A stretch of 64,000 nucleotides of DNA, taken from contig CBDAOI010000004.1 in the NCBI GenBank assembly GCA_965198005.1, forward strand, positions 1,613,779 through 1,677,778, in the 5' to 3' direction. This stretch comes from Spirochaetia bacterium (GTDB lineage: Bacteria; Spirochaetota; Spirochaetia; SZUA-6; Bin103). Below the pieces are notes generated by a model, which did not search any database, was not told the DNA's origin, and was given only the letters and a program-made list of their open reading frames with translations. Positions 9,709 to 20,034 of the stretch are shown here, piece by piece; the stretch's first letter is position 1; the number at the start of each line of letters is the position of its first letter. Both the position numbers and the translations under genes were made by a program.

Positions 9709-10989
9709 ATGCCAAGAATTACAGGACCATCAGAGGGCCCCGTTGCCGTAACTGGCGCTGCCGGCTACATCGGCTCGCACGTCGTGCTCAAGCTCGTCCA
9801 GGCCGGCTATGATGTGCGTGCCTGCGTGCGCAACGCCCTCGACCACGAGAAGGTCGCGCACCTCAATCAGATGAACCACATCGAGGGCTGCGACGGCTCG
9901 GTCACCCTCTACGAGGCCGACATGACCGTGCAGGGCGCGTACGACGAGCCCTTCAGCGACGCTACCTGCGTCTTCCACGTCGCCGCCGAGATGGGCAACC
10001 TGCCGGACTCCACGCCGATGAAGGTGTACGAAGGGGGCCGCCTGGCCATCGTGCCCGTGATGAACAGCGTCAAGCAGAGCGGCAGCGTGAGGAGGTTCAT
10101 CTTCACGAGCTCGTTCGCGGCCGTTGGTCATCGTGGCAGCACACGGCCGTTCACCGAGGACTCATGGGCGTACTTCACCTCGAGCGACGACCACACCCCG
10201 CACGAGAACTGGACCATGGATGTGGTGCGCGTGAACCGGGACGTCGCGTATTCGATGACGAAGGTCGACACGGAGAAGTACTGCTACGAGGAAGGTGAGA
10301 AGTCCGGCGGTCAGTTCGATTGTTTTGGGATCATGCCGTGGACCGTCGTCGGGCCGGTGCTCTGCGCCAGGCACAACATTCAGTTCGGGTGGCAGTCGAT
10401 GGTCGGCGACCTCATGAACGGCTTCAGCCACAGAGACATGAACTACAATATCATCGATGTGCGTGACGTGGCGGAGGCGCAGCTCCGCATCGCCGAGAGC
10501 GACGCGGTCAGCAATGGCGACCGCTACAACCTCGTGTGCCATGGCGATGACGGTTTCATCACACTGGCGGAGGTCAAGCAGGTCCTGCAGGCGCATTTTC
10601 CGGGGAAGGGCATCGGCACTGGACTCCAGCAAAAGAAGAGTGGCGAGTGGGTGGAGTCCACGAACACCGGTGGCACGCCACCCGCAGTCCTCGAGAAGTG
10701 CATCACTCAGCTCGGGATGACTCCCATCCCGCCGGCGCAGTCACTCATCGACAATGCGGAGAGCCTCGTCTCGATGGGCTTGGTCAACCTGCGTGAGGGC
10801 GAGGACAATTTCCAAAAGGACATCATCTCACCACCCGGCGGCAAGGGGAAGACTTCGGGCGGCCTGGGCATCGAGTCCACCTGGCTTGGTGAGGGATATC
10901 CGGCGGGTCTCAACGCGCCGGAGTTTGAGGAGGGGGCCGGCGAGAGGGAACTCAGCGCAGCGGCGAAGCAGATGGGCGCGAAGCTGTAA
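9709..10989 (+). CDS. NAD-dependent epimerase/dehydratase-family (extended SDR) oxidoreductase with a long C-terminal tail
   Basis: VTGAAGYIGSHVVLKLVQAGYDVRACVR Rossmann motif. 426 aa. Confidence 0.7.
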   Translation: MPRITGPSEGPVAVTGAAGYIGSHVVLKLVQAGYDVRACVRNALDHEKVAHLNQMNHIEGCDGSVTLYEADMTVQGAYDEPFSDATCVFHVAAEMGNLPDSTPMKVYEGGRLAIVPVMNSVKQSGSVRRFIFTSSFAAVGHRGSTRPFTEDSWAYFTSSDDHTPHENWTMDVVRVNRDVAYSMTKVDTEKYCYEEGEKSGGQFDCFGIMPWTVVGPVLCARHNIQFGWQSMVGDLMNGFSHRDMNYNIIDVRDVAEAQLRIAESDAVSNGDRYNLVCHGDDGFITLAEVKQVLQAHFPGKGIGTGLQQKKSGEWVESTNTGGTPPAVLEKCITQLGMTPIPPAQSLIDNAESLVSMGLVNLREGEDNFQKDIISPPGGKGKTSGGLGIESTWLGEGYPAGLNAPEFEEGAGERELSAAAKQMGAKL

Positions 10990-11098
10990 CAGAAACGTGC
11001 CCAGGCCCACGCGAGCAGTGGCCGGTTGGCGGTGACGCGCGCAAGCTCAACGCATTGCAGGGCCGGGCGTGGCAAGGTGCACGAGGCCAAAATCGCTA

Positions 11099-11127
11099 TT
11101 GACGTTTCTTGCGCCGCGCCCTATACT
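11099..11127 (+). promoter_or_regulatory. near-consensus sigma70-type promoter driving the long leader of the 11.9-kb ABC operon
   Basis: TTGACG, 17 nt, TATACT. Confidence 0.5.
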
Positions 11128-11217
11128 ACCGGTTCACGACTCGACGGATGCCGATGAAGCGCCATGATGACATTCAGAGTAGTGGCCGGTTGGCGGTGAC
11201 GCAGCAACCGGTTTACT

Positions 11218-11229
11218 CCCCCCCCCCCC
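11218..11229. repeat. homopolymeric C12 tract inside the substrate-binding-protein leader
   Basis: Seen directly. Analogous tracts occur at 37771-37781 (G11), 53700-53707 (C8 plus (CA)5) and 43172-43194 ((GT)6 G11). Confidence 0.8.
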
Positions 11230-11925
11230 GCTAGCCGCCCAGCCAACCGCGCGGCAGCCGAGTGCGCGGCCCCGGTGCTGACTGCGGCACCATCGATCGG
11301 TGTGGCGCACACCCGCCACGCCTCCCTGTCCGGAACGGCAGACCACGTCGGCCGCAGCCTCCACCAGTGCACTGAGCCAGCGTTGCCGGCAACCCCAGCT
11401 CGAGCACCCAGCTACAGCTCACCTTCCGTGACTGCGTTCCCGTGTGGGGTGACCATAGCCGCGCCGCCTGCGGCAGCTCCCGTCCTTGTTCGCGGGCTTT
11501 CTCCGTTCATCGTCGGCGCACGTCCTTGGATTCCCGACACGGCCCGCGGCGCCATCCGCCACCGGCGAAGCTGGGATCTCCCGGCTCCCGCGCAGGGTGC
11601 CGTGACGCCTCGCAATATCGGCGTCCCGGGTGTGGCCGCCCTCGCGAGCGGCGGCGCATGACTCGGGGCCGCCGTGGGTCGCTAACCCTTCGACGTATGA
11701 CCCTTTCATTCACAACAACCCTGCCGGTTTTTGCCGGCGCACAGGAGGTGCAAAATGATACTCAAAGAACCGCACGCGCGCGCAGCGTGAACCCGCCGAG
11801 TCCCACGCCGCGCGCTCTTAGTGGATTTGACTCGGACTGGCCGCCTGCGTTGCGGGCTGCGAGAGTAGCCAGGGAGCGGCAATCCGCTTCGCAATACTCT
11901 TAAAGATCAAGATACGGAGTTACGT

Positions 11926-13749
11926 ATGCTAATTGTACACACGAGGACCTTCGCGGTTGCGTTGGTCCTGGTTCTGACCGCAACCGGCCTCTGGGCCGCG
12001 GGCGCAGACGAGGAGCCGGCAGCCGCCGCCGAGAAGGAGATGGTGCTCGATCCGACCACCGGCGAGATGGTGGAGGCGCCGCAGTATGGCGGGACACTAA
12101 CCTATGGCCTGGTCAGTTGGGCCGCGAACGTTGATGACTGGTATGGCTACGCGAAGGATAACACCGGTTTGGTTAATGAGCAGCTCGCCATCTGGGACTG
12201 GGGAATAGATAGGGACGTCTGGGACTGGCGGATCTTCGCAGAGACACCTGTATGGGCCATAAACGGGGCACTGGCGGAAAGCTGGGAAACGCCCGACGAT
12301 ACCACCATTATCTTCAACATCCGCAGGGGCGTTCACTGGCACAACAAGGCGCCGATGAACGGTCGGGAGCTCACTGCCGAGGATGTAGAATACAACTTTC
12401 ACCGCTATTTTGGGAATAGGTTGGCAGGGACCGAGTTCAGTGAAGCCGAACCTACCCCAGCGGCACGTAACCTCGTAGCTTTGCCAGTCGAATCGGTAAC
12501 GGCCACCGACAAGTATACGATGGTCGTCAAGCTGGAGAAGCCAGACCTCAGCGCCGTGAAACACTTTATCGGCTACGGCTACGGTGGATCGGGTACGGTA
12601 ATGCCTCCGGAGGTCATCGAGCAACACGGCGACTATCAGGATTGGCGGAACACGGTCGGCACCGGACCCTATGAGCTGACGGAGGTGGTCGAAGGCAGCT
12701 CCAGGACCTGGACCAAGTATCCTGACTACTGGGGCTTCGACGAAAAATACCCGGACAACCGCCTGCCCTATGCTGACGAGATACGGGCCTTGCGGATGGC
12801 GGAGTCAGCAACCCGTCTGGCGGCTCTGCGCACGGGTAAGATTGATATCCTGGGTCCCGGCGCCAGTACATTGAGGTCGATCGACACGGTAGAGAGCCTC
12901 GAGCGGACCGACCCGGAAATCGAGCTGTGGCCGTTCAAGTTTCGGTCCGACAACCAATTCTATATCGTCCGTATGGACATACCGCCCTTGAATGATATCC
13001 GGGTGCGCCAGGCACTGCAGATGGCACTGGACCTGGAGACCGTTGTAGCTACCTACTTCAAGGGTCGTGGCGATGCGACTCCGCAGGGACATTTCGCCAA
13101 TGATGTGCCGGGGATTGGCACGCCATTTGAGGAGTGGCCCGAAGAGGTCAAGAAAACCTATCGGTATGACCCGGAAGGGGCCGAAGCGTTGCTTGATGCG
13201 GCCGGGTATCCGCGCGGCGCCGACGGCATCAGGTTCAAGATGGGCATGGCCTACTTTGAACGATACGATGTGAGCTATGCGGAACTGGTCGCCGGATACT
13301 GGCGCGAGATTGGCGTGGACACGGAGACTGATGTTTTAGCTGGTGGGTCAGCCGAAATAACAATGGTCTATAATGATCCAGATCAGGATACGTACATAAT
13401 TAGATGGGGGGAAGGGGCCTTCAGGTATGGTATCCCGGATCGTCTGACATCACAATTTTATAAAGGCAACCTCAGCACCGGCCACTTGAACGACCCCGAA
13501 TATGACGCCATGGCTGACGCCGTCATGGCCGCTACCACCCTCGAGGAGATGAATAGGCTGGTAAAAGAAATAAATATGTACATCACGGAACAGCATTTTA
13601 AGATATGGGGTCCTGAAACCCCACAGTACCAGGCAACGCAGCCGTGGGTCAAAGGTTTTAACGGAGAACTCGGATCTTTTTCCGACGGGTTGAAACACTT
13701 AGCCCGCATCTGGATTGACCAGGAGATGAAGGAAGCAATGGGTTTTTAG
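11926..13749 (+). CDS. ABC transporter substrate-binding protein, family 5 (peptide/nickel/opine type)
   Basis: 607 aa with N-terminal signal/lipobox-like hydrophobic segment. Conserved blocks are shared with the paralogs at 35597 and 54155. Confidence 0.85.
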   Translation: MLIVHTRTFAVALVLVLTATGLWAAGADEEPAAAAEKEMVLDPTTGEMVEAPQYGGTLTYGLVSWAANVDDWYGYAKDNTGLVNEQLAIWDWGIDRDVWDWRIFAETPVWAINGALAESWETPDDTTIIFNIRRGVHWHNKAPMNGRELTAEDVEYNFHRYFGNRLAGTEFSEAEPTPAARNLVALPVESVTATDKYTMVVKLEKPDLSAVKHFIGYGYGGSGTVMPPEVIEQHGDYQDWRNTVGTGPYELTEVVEGSSRTWTKYPDYWGFDEKYPDNRLPYADEIRALRMAESATRLAALRTGKIDILGPGASTLRSIDTVESLERTDPEIELWPFKFRSDNQFYIVRMDIPPLNDIRVRQALQMALDLETVVATYFKGRGDATPQGHFANDVPGIGTPFEEWPEEVKKTYRYDPEGAEALLDAAGYPRGADGIRFKMGMAYFERYDVSYAELVAGYWREIGVDTETDVLAGGSAEITMVYNDPDQDTYIIRWGEGAFRYGIPDRLTSQFYKGNLSTGHLNDPEYDAMADAVMAATTLEEMNRLVKEINMYITEQHFKIWGPETPQYQATQPWVKGFNGELGSFSDGLKHLARIWIDQEMKEAMGF

Positions 13750-13761
13750 GGCAAAAAAGGG

Positions 13762-13803
13762 GGAGCTGGGAGGCGGTCGCCTGCAGGCGCGCCTCCCAGC
13801 TCC
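13762..13803. promoter_or_regulatory. intercistronic A-run plus GC-rich stem-loop between substrate-binding protein and permease
   Basis: GGGAGCTGGGAGGCG...CGCCTCCCAGCTCCC perfect inverted repeat. Confidence 0.5.
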
Positions 13804-13837
13804 CACAAACGCCGTGTAGAATGGCGAGACCTGTCAC

Positions 13838-14851
13838 ATGAGAGCCTATATCATCAGGCGGTTATTGCTTATAATCCCGACCTTGTGGATATTGACCACT
13901 CTGGTCTTTCTCTTGGTCCGCTTCCTCCCGGGCAACGTAGTAGACATGATGGCGCTGAGGATGGAAATCTCAGGGTTCGGGGGAGCGGACACGATTGACC
14001 GTGAAGCTATGGAACGTATGCTGGGACTGGACGTGCCTGCCCACGTGCAGTATGGACGCTGGATGGGAGTGTTGCCGACCCCTGACTGGATTACCGGTGA
14101 GTCCCACTTTAGAGGTCTCCTCCAGGGCACCCTTGGAGAATCACTGATCACCTCGCATTTGACGGTAGAAAAGGAGATATTCGGTAGATTGCCGGTAACC
14201 ATTCAGCTCGGCATCATGGCGATCGTCATCGGGCTCGTGCTAGCGCTGCCCGTCGGCATTTACTCGGCGATTCGCCAGGATACGGCCGCCGACTACCTGG
14301 GGCGCACCGCGGCCGTCATCGGCCTGGCTACGCCGAACTTCTGGCTGGCCCTGATGGTCATGATCTTCCCAGTAATATGGTGGGGCTGGGCGCCCCCTCT
14401 GGAATACATTCCTTTCATCGAAGACCCACTGGGAAGTCTCGCGGGGTTATTCGTTCCCGGCCTGATTCTGGGGACTGCCTCGGCTGCAGCCACCATGCGG
14501 ATGACCCGCACCATGATGCTGGAGGTGCTCAGGCAAGACTATATCAGGACCGCCTGGTCCAAGGGTCTCAAGGAGAGGGTCGTTATTATGAGGCACGCTA
14601 TCAAGAATGCCCTCATACCCGTGGTTACCCTGATAGGTCTGCAGTTGCCTATCCTGATAGGTGGCTCCGTCATCATAGAGACCATCTTCAACCTGCCCGG
14701 GATAGGTCGCCTCGTGGTGTTCGCCCTCACTGAGAGAGACTACCCGGTGGTCTCCGGAGTAAATCTGTTTTTCGCGACCGGGGTCTTAGGAGTCAATCTA
14801 ATGATCGATCTGATCTATTTCTATTTGGACCCCAGGGTCCGCTACAGTTAG
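13838..14851 (+). CDS. ABC transporter permease (DppB/OppB-like)
   Basis: MRAYIIRRLLLIIPTLW...RTAWSKGLKERVVIMRHAIKNALIPVV. 6-TM BPD transporter signature. Confidence 0.85.
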   Translation: MRAYIIRRLLLIIPTLWILTTLVFLLVRFLPGNVVDMMALRMEISGFGGADTIDREAMERMLGLDVPAHVQYGRWMGVLPTPDWITGESHFRGLLQGTLGESLITSHLTVEKEIFGRLPVTIQLGIMAIVIGLVLALPVGIYSAIRQDTAADYLGRTAAVIGLATPNFWLALMVMIFPVIWWGWAPPLEYIPFIEDPLGSLAGLFVPGLILGTASAAATMRMTRTMMLEVLRQDYIRTAWSKGLKERVVIMRHAIKNALIPVVTLIGLQLPILIGGSVIIETIFNLPGIGRLVVFALTERDYPVVSGVNLFFATGVLGVNLMIDLIYFYLDPRVRYS

Positions 14852-14860
14852 AGAGGGCTT

Positions 14861-15793
14861 GTGAGCGACGCAGTCGAGGTACGATCCGCAGTAATCGCGT
14901 CAAAGAGACGTTCCCAGCTGGCCGAATTCTCTATAAGAATGGTGAAAGAGAAGCCGCTAGGTACTATCAGCGGGATTATCATATTGATATTGATTCTCGT
15001 CAGTATCTTTGCCGATGCTCTGGCACCCTATCCATACTGGGAAATGCACCTGGCAGACAGGCTGCAGGGCTCATCAGCCCAATATCTGCTGGGTACCGAC
15101 CAGTTGGGGCGAGACTTCTTGAGCCGCATCATCGTAGGGGCTCGTCTTTCCATATTTGTCGGTCTGGCGGCGACCGCTCTCAATGTTGTGGTCGCTGTCC
15201 TGATAGGCGGCATTTCAGGATTCCTTGGTGGTAAATTGGACCTGGTTATGCAGAGATTTGTCGATGCCTGGATGGCTTTCCCGGGGCTGCTCATATTGTT
15301 GACCGTGATGTCCATAGCGGGGCGGGGTGTGTTGCAGATAATACTGGTCCTGGGGATAGCGGGAGGGATCGGCACCTCGAGAGTAGTCAGGGGCGCGGTT
15401 ATCGGCATTAAAGAGAATGACTATTTTCTGGCGGCCCCGGCAGTTGGCAGCGGCGGCACCGCGACACTGATGCGACACGTCCTGCCCAATATCATGCCTG
15501 TCTTGATCATCATATTCAGCATCAGCGTCGGGGGGGTGATCATGAGTGAGGCCAGCTTGAGCTTCCTGGGATTCGGTCTGCCAGTCGAGGTTCCTAGCTG
15601 GGGAGGTCTGCTCAGCCGGGAAGGGCGCCAGTTCATGGAGGTGGCGCCGCGGCTGGCGATGTGGCCCGGTCTGTTCCTGACGGTGACGGTGTACTGCCTC
15701 AACATGTTCGGCGACGCGGTGCGGGATCTGCTCGACCCGCGGCTGCGGGGCGGTGGGGGTCACCTCGGGGCCGGCGGTGTCACGTCGGTTTAG
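14861..15793 (+). CDS. ABC transporter permease (DppC/OppC-like)
   Basis: LLGTDQLGRDFLSRIIVGARLS...KLDLVMQRFVDAWMAFPGLL. No ATPase gene follows. Confidence 0.85.
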   Translation: MSDAVEVRSAVIASKRRSQLAEFSIRMVKEKPLGTISGIIILILILVSIFADALAPYPYWEMHLADRLQGSSAQYLLGTDQLGRDFLSRIIVGARLSIFVGLAATALNVVVAVLIGGISGFLGGKLDLVMQRFVDAWMAFPGLLILLTVMSIAGRGVLQIILVLGIAGGIGTSRVVRGAVIGIKENDYFLAAPAVGSGGTATLMRHVLPNIMPVLIIIFSISVGGVIMSEASLSFLGFGLPVEVPSWGGLLSREGRQFMEVAPRLAMWPGLFLTVTVYCLNMFGDAVRDLLDPRLRGGGGHLGAGGVTSV

Positions 15794-16124
15794 CCACCAA
15801 CCTTGACGCCGCTCTGCGCTCCGAGCCCGGAGGTGGCCTTCACCGGGCCGGCAAGCGTCGCCGCAAACGCCGCACTCAACGACTCGATGTCGTCGGCCAC
15901 ATCAATGCTGCGGAGTCTCTCTCGGCTTGTCGCTGCGCGGTTGCGGATGGTATCTTTTGCGTTACCAAACGTCGATGATCGAGATCCGGGAGTACATCGA
16001 CGCTGAAGGCCGTAGCCGGTACTGCGCTCCTGCGGGAAAGCGAGGTCGCACCTAACCGACAAAAGCGCGCTCGCCGGCAAGAGCCCGTCGGCGTTTCACC
16101 GTCTCCAACTGGCAGGCGCGAACG

Positions 16125-16300
16125 ATGCCGATGACCGCCTTCGCTGCCGGACTGGACCGGCCACCTGCTACCGCCGGCCAGCCGCCTCCCGAAGGGCTGA
16201 GCTGGACGCCCTTTACCTACCCGTTCAACATCACCGGCCAGCCGGCGGCCACCGTACCGTGCGGCTTCGACGCCGCCGGCCTGCCCATCGGACCCTCAAA
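16125..16300 (+). pseudogene. C-terminal fragment (about 55 aa) of an amidase-signature enzyme
   Basis: [33 protein letters not shown] matches the amidase family C-terminal block. The rest of the ORF is non-homologous. Confidence 0.4.
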
Positions 16301-16630
16301 CTGCCTCAGACCTCGGCCACCGGTCAGTCGGCCGCGCCACTCGCGCGAAGCGCCGAAGACGCAGAAAAAAAGGGCCGAGCCGGATGACAGGAATTCCGAC
16401 TCGGCACCACATATGGAGAAGACGTATGAATATCTTCATCAAATAGAACAACCATCGGCGAGTTTTGTTACTCGGGGCGTGCATGCCGTTAGCCGAATCC
16501 TCCGAGCACAGGGTGGGCACAGGCGCTCTCACCTTGTCGTCTTCCGGATCTGCGCATCCGAGCTTGGCCTCGGTGATTGGGGCTTGGGAGGCTGGTGTGA
16601 TGGCGGGCTGCTTGTGGTACCTTCCCCATC

Positions 16631-17011
16631 ATGCAGAGCACTGACAGCGCAGGCGTGACCAAGCAGGTCGACGCGGTTCCCCGCCAGCCGGTGGCAGCCG
16701 GCACCGCCACCGAGACGCACGTCCTGATCGGACCGGCAGATGGCGCTCCCAACTTCGCCCTGCGCCGCTTCGTCATGGGGCCGGGCGGAGGCATGCCGCG
16801 CCACACCAACGCGGTAGAGCACGAGCAGTTCGTCCTCGCCGGGGCAGCGCGCGTCACCATCGGCGACACGGTGCACCAGGTGCAGGCCGGCACCGCCCTG
16901 TACATCCCCGCCGAAGTACCCCACTCCTACGAGGTAACCGAGGCCCCGTTCGAGTTCCTGTGCATCGTCCCCAACCGCGAGGACTGTATCACCCTGACCG
17001 AACCACAGTGA
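16631..17011 (+). CDS. cupin-domain protein
   Basis: [47 protein letters not shown] two-motif cupin pattern. Confidence 0.6.
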   Translation: MQSTDSAGVTKQVDAVPRQPVAAGTATETHVLIGPADGAPNFALRRFVMGPGGGMPRHTNAVEHEQFVLAGAARVTIGDTVHQVQAGTALYIPAEVPHSYEVTEAPFEFLCIVPNREDCITLTEPQ

Positions 17012-17122
17012 CTGCCGACGATCTCTGCTTCCGGTGGTCGGCACGGTCCCGGACTTGGTCACGCACCTCTCGGTCGCCGTCTCGGCGCAGGCTGGCTGGT
17101 CGTCGGTCTCCCTCGGAGGACG

Positions 17123-18061
17123 TCAAAGCGAGGTGAGCGCTTCCAGGGTTTGCTGAATGTCAGGCGGGAGCGGGCCGGCCTGTGCGGCCACGACGCTCTC
17201 CTCAAGCTCCTCGGGTGTGGACGCGCCCACCAGGATGGTCGCAATCTCCCGATTCGTCATCAAGAAGCGCACACTCAGCGCCGCAATCGAAACACCGGTC
17301 GCCCGGGCCAACTCGAGCAGGCGCTCATCCTGGAACAGCGCGCCGTTGACGACGCCTCTGCCAGGAATGGAAAAAATGCCGCCGATCACGTAGGCAATTC
17401 CCTGTTCACGAATGACCGGGAGCATCACGCGTGGAGAACGACGGTCCATCAGCGAATACTCATTGGCGGACAGACACATGTCGAGCCTGACCCGCCGCAA
17501 CACGTGAGCCAGTGGCTCCGACCGGTTGGTGCTGAGACCCAGGTAGCGGCAGAACCCCTGCGCCTTTGCCTCACGCAGGGCTTGCATCACCGGCGCGTTC
17601 TCGTAGTCGAGCGGCTCATCGATCTCCAGCCGCTCCGTGTCGCTCGCATCCGGCTTCCAGAATCTTCTCTGCTCCATGTCGTGGCCCAGGAGCACGTCGA
17701 CCCGGTCACGACGCAGAATCCGGAGGTTGTCTCGTACCTCCGCAAGACAATCTTCTACCGTGTGATCATACGCCTGCCAGGCACCGATCTTGGTCGCCAG
17801 CAGATGCGGCTTGCTGGTCCCCTCGAGCCCCTCACCCGCGATTCGCTGCGACTCACCCTGGCTGATCCACCGACCATCAGGGCCCCCGATGCCGTACAAA
17901 GGAGAGGTATCGAAATAGCTGATCCCCAGATCAAGCGCATGTTTGACCGTGTCCAGCCCGTGCTGGTAGCTGTGCTTGTGGAGAGCGGCGCCACCCAGCC
18001 CGATGACGCTGACCGTCTCGCCGGTACGCCCGAACGGGCGCTGTTCCAGTGTCCCTGTCAT
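17123..18061 (-). CDS. aldo/keto reductase
   Basis: GLGGAALHK...DLGISYFDTSPLYG family motifs. 312 aa. Confidence 0.8.
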   Translation of the reverse strand: MTGTLEQRPFGRTGETVSVIGLGGAALHKHSYQHGLDTVKHALDLGISYFDTSPLYGIGGPDGRWISQGESQRIAGEGLEGTSKPHLLATKIGAWQAYDHTVEDCLAEVRDNLRILRRDRVDVLLGHDMEQRRFWKPDASDTERLEIDEPLDYENAPVMQALREAKAQGFCRYLGLSTNRSEPLAHVLRRVRLDMCLSANEYSLMDRRSPRVMLPVIREQGIAYVIGGIFSIPGRGVVNGALFQDERLLELARATGVSIAALSVRFLMTNREIATILVGASTPEELEESVVAAQAGPLPPDIQQTLEALTSL

Positions 18062-18158
18062 GGCAAGTCCTTTAATGCGTTCAAGCTAGCTAGGTGCAGG
18101 CGCACTCAGGTGTCAACACCGCGACACCGCGCAACGTGATCCGTGGTACGGTAGCACG

Positions 18159-19982
18159 GTGGGATTCCGAACGCGACCGGTGATCATGGGCCGCCGCGGC
18201 GTGGTGACCGCGGGTCACTACCTGGTGGCGTCGGCGGGGCTGCGGATCATGGTTGCGGGCGGCAACGCGATCGACGCGGCGGCGGCGATGGGCATCTGCG
18301 AGACGCTGATCGAGCCGCACAACTGCGGCATCGGCGGTGAGGTACCGGCGCTCATCTACTCGGCGCGCGAGCGGCGGACCTTCGCCATCTCCGGCGTGGG
18401 GTGGTCGCCGGCCGCGTTCACCATCGACTGGTGCCGCGACCACGGCATCGACCTCATTCCCGGCGACGGCTACCTGCCGGCGTGCGTTCCGGCGGTGGTC
18501 GGCACCTGGGCGGCCGCGCTGGCCCGGTTCGGGACCATGAGCTTCGCCGAGATCCTGCAGCCCACCATCGAGTTCGCCGAGCAGGGCTTCCCGGCGTACG
18601 CGTCGCTGAGCCGCCACCTGCAGGCGCAGCAGGCGACCTACACCGAGCGCTATCCGACCACCGGCGCGCTCTACCTGGCGGGCGGCGGCGCACCCGCCGT
18701 GGGCGACCTGCTGCGCAACCCCGACTTCGGCGCCATGCTGCGCATCATGTGCCGGGCGGAGCAGGCAGCGCGGGTCCGCGGCCGGGTGGCCGGCATCGAG
18801 GCCGCCCGCGATGCCTTCTATCGCGGCGAGATCGCCGAGCGGATCGTGCGCTTCATCACCGACCACCCGGTGACGGACGCCAGCGGTGCGCGGCACGCCG
18901 GACTCCTGACCAGCGATGACCTGGCCGAGTGGCGCGCCGGCGTCGAGCAGCCGGTGACGCTGCACTATCGCGGCCTGGACGTGCACAAGTGCTCGTCGTG
19001 GACCCAGGGGCCGGTGTTCCTGCAGCAGCTCGCGATTCTGCACAACCTGGACCTCGAGCGGCTGGGCCACAACTCCGCCGACTATCTGCACACCTGGGTC
19101 GAGTGCGCCAAGCTGGCATTCGCCGACCGCGAGGCGTACTACGGCGATCCCGCTTTCGACCGCGTGCCGTTCGACGTGCTGCTGTCGCCCGGTTACGGCG
19201 CCGCCCGCGCCGGGCAGATCGCCGACACCGCCTCGCTCGCCCTGCGGCCGGGCGACGCCGGCGGCGCGCTGCCCGAGTACACGGCGCGCAGCGTACTCGC
19301 AGACAACCGCATCGGGTTGGGCCGCGCGACGCATGCGGCGGCCACGGCGCCGAACTCCGACGCCGCCGAGTCACGCCCGGCGGACGCGGCGCACCGCGGC
19401 GATACCACCCACCTGGACGCCGTGGACGCGGAGGGGAACATGGTGGCGGCCACGCCGAGCGGCGGCTGGATCGGTTCGTCGCCGGTGATCGCAGGACTCG
19501 GCTTCCCGCTCGGCACGCGCGGCCAGATGTTCTACCTCAATCCGCGGCGACCCAACGCCCTGCAGCCGCGCAAGCGGCCGCGGGCGACCCTCACGCCCAC
19601 CATCGTCACCAGGGATGGCGCGCCGTACCTGGCGTTCGGCACCCCCGGCGGCGACGGCCAGGACCAGTGGACGCTGCAGTTCTTCCTGAACCACGTGGTG
19701 TTCGGCATGGACCTGCAGCAGGCGCTCGACGCCCCAACCGTCCACACCGAGCACTTTCCCTCATCGTTCTACCCGCGCGCCGCGCACCCCGGCCGGGTGG
19801 TCGCCGAGTCGCGCCTGCCGGAAGCGACCCTCGCCGAGCTGCGTCGCCGCGGCCACGACGTCTGGCTGACCGGCGGCTGGAGCAACGGCAAGGCGCTGGC
19901 AATCCGCTACCACGGCGACCGCGGAGTGATCGCCGGGGCCGCCACGGCCAAGGACAACATCGGCTACGCCATCGGCTGGTGA
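18159..19982 (+). CDS. ggt: gamma-glutamyltransferase
   Basis: Nucleophile region GDTTHLDAVDAEGNMVAATPSGGWIGSSPVIAGLGFPLG. 607 aa. Confidence 0.85.
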   Translation: MGFRTRPVIMGRRGVVTAGHYLVASAGLRIMVAGGNAIDAAAAMGICETLIEPHNCGIGGEVPALIYSARERRTFAISGVGWSPAAFTIDWCRDHGIDLIPGDGYLPACVPAVVGTWAAALARFGTMSFAEILQPTIEFAEQGFPAYASLSRHLQAQQATYTERYPTTGALYLAGGGAPAVGDLLRNPDFGAMLRIMCRAEQAARVRGRVAGIEAARDAFYRGEIAERIVRFITDHPVTDASGARHAGLLTSDDLAEWRAGVEQPVTLHYRGLDVHKCSSWTQGPVFLQQLAILHNLDLERLGHNSADYLHTWVECAKLAFADREAYYGDPAFDRVPFDVLLSPGYGAARAGQIADTASLALRPGDAGGALPEYTARSVLADNRIGLGRATHAAATAPNSDAAESRPADAAHRGDTTHLDAVDAEGNMVAATPSGGWIGSSPVIAGLGFPLGTRGQMFYLNPRRPNALQPRKRPRATLTPTIVTRDGAPYLAFGTPGGDGQDQWTLQFFLNHVVFGMDLQQALDAPTVHTEHFPSSFYPRAAHPGRVVAESRLPEATLAELRRRGHDVWLTGGWSNGKALAIRYHGDRGVIAGAATAKDNIGYAIGW

Positions 19983-20034
19983 CGCCGGCTCGCGCCAGGC
20001 GGACGACGTGTTCTTTCGGCGGTACCAAGCTCGG

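Noticed and set aside
11218-11229. Homopolymer tracts as pure sequencing artefacts
   Set aside because: The same kind of tract occurs at the equivalent position of four independent leader copies (11.2, 37.8, 43.2 and 53.7 kb). It is therefore more likely a real sequence feature, though the exact lengths may be unreliable.
16290-16460. AT-rich stretch after the amidase fragment as a possible small gene or sRNA
   Set aside because: It has no coherent ORF with a ribosome-binding site and no convincing promoter or terminator pair.
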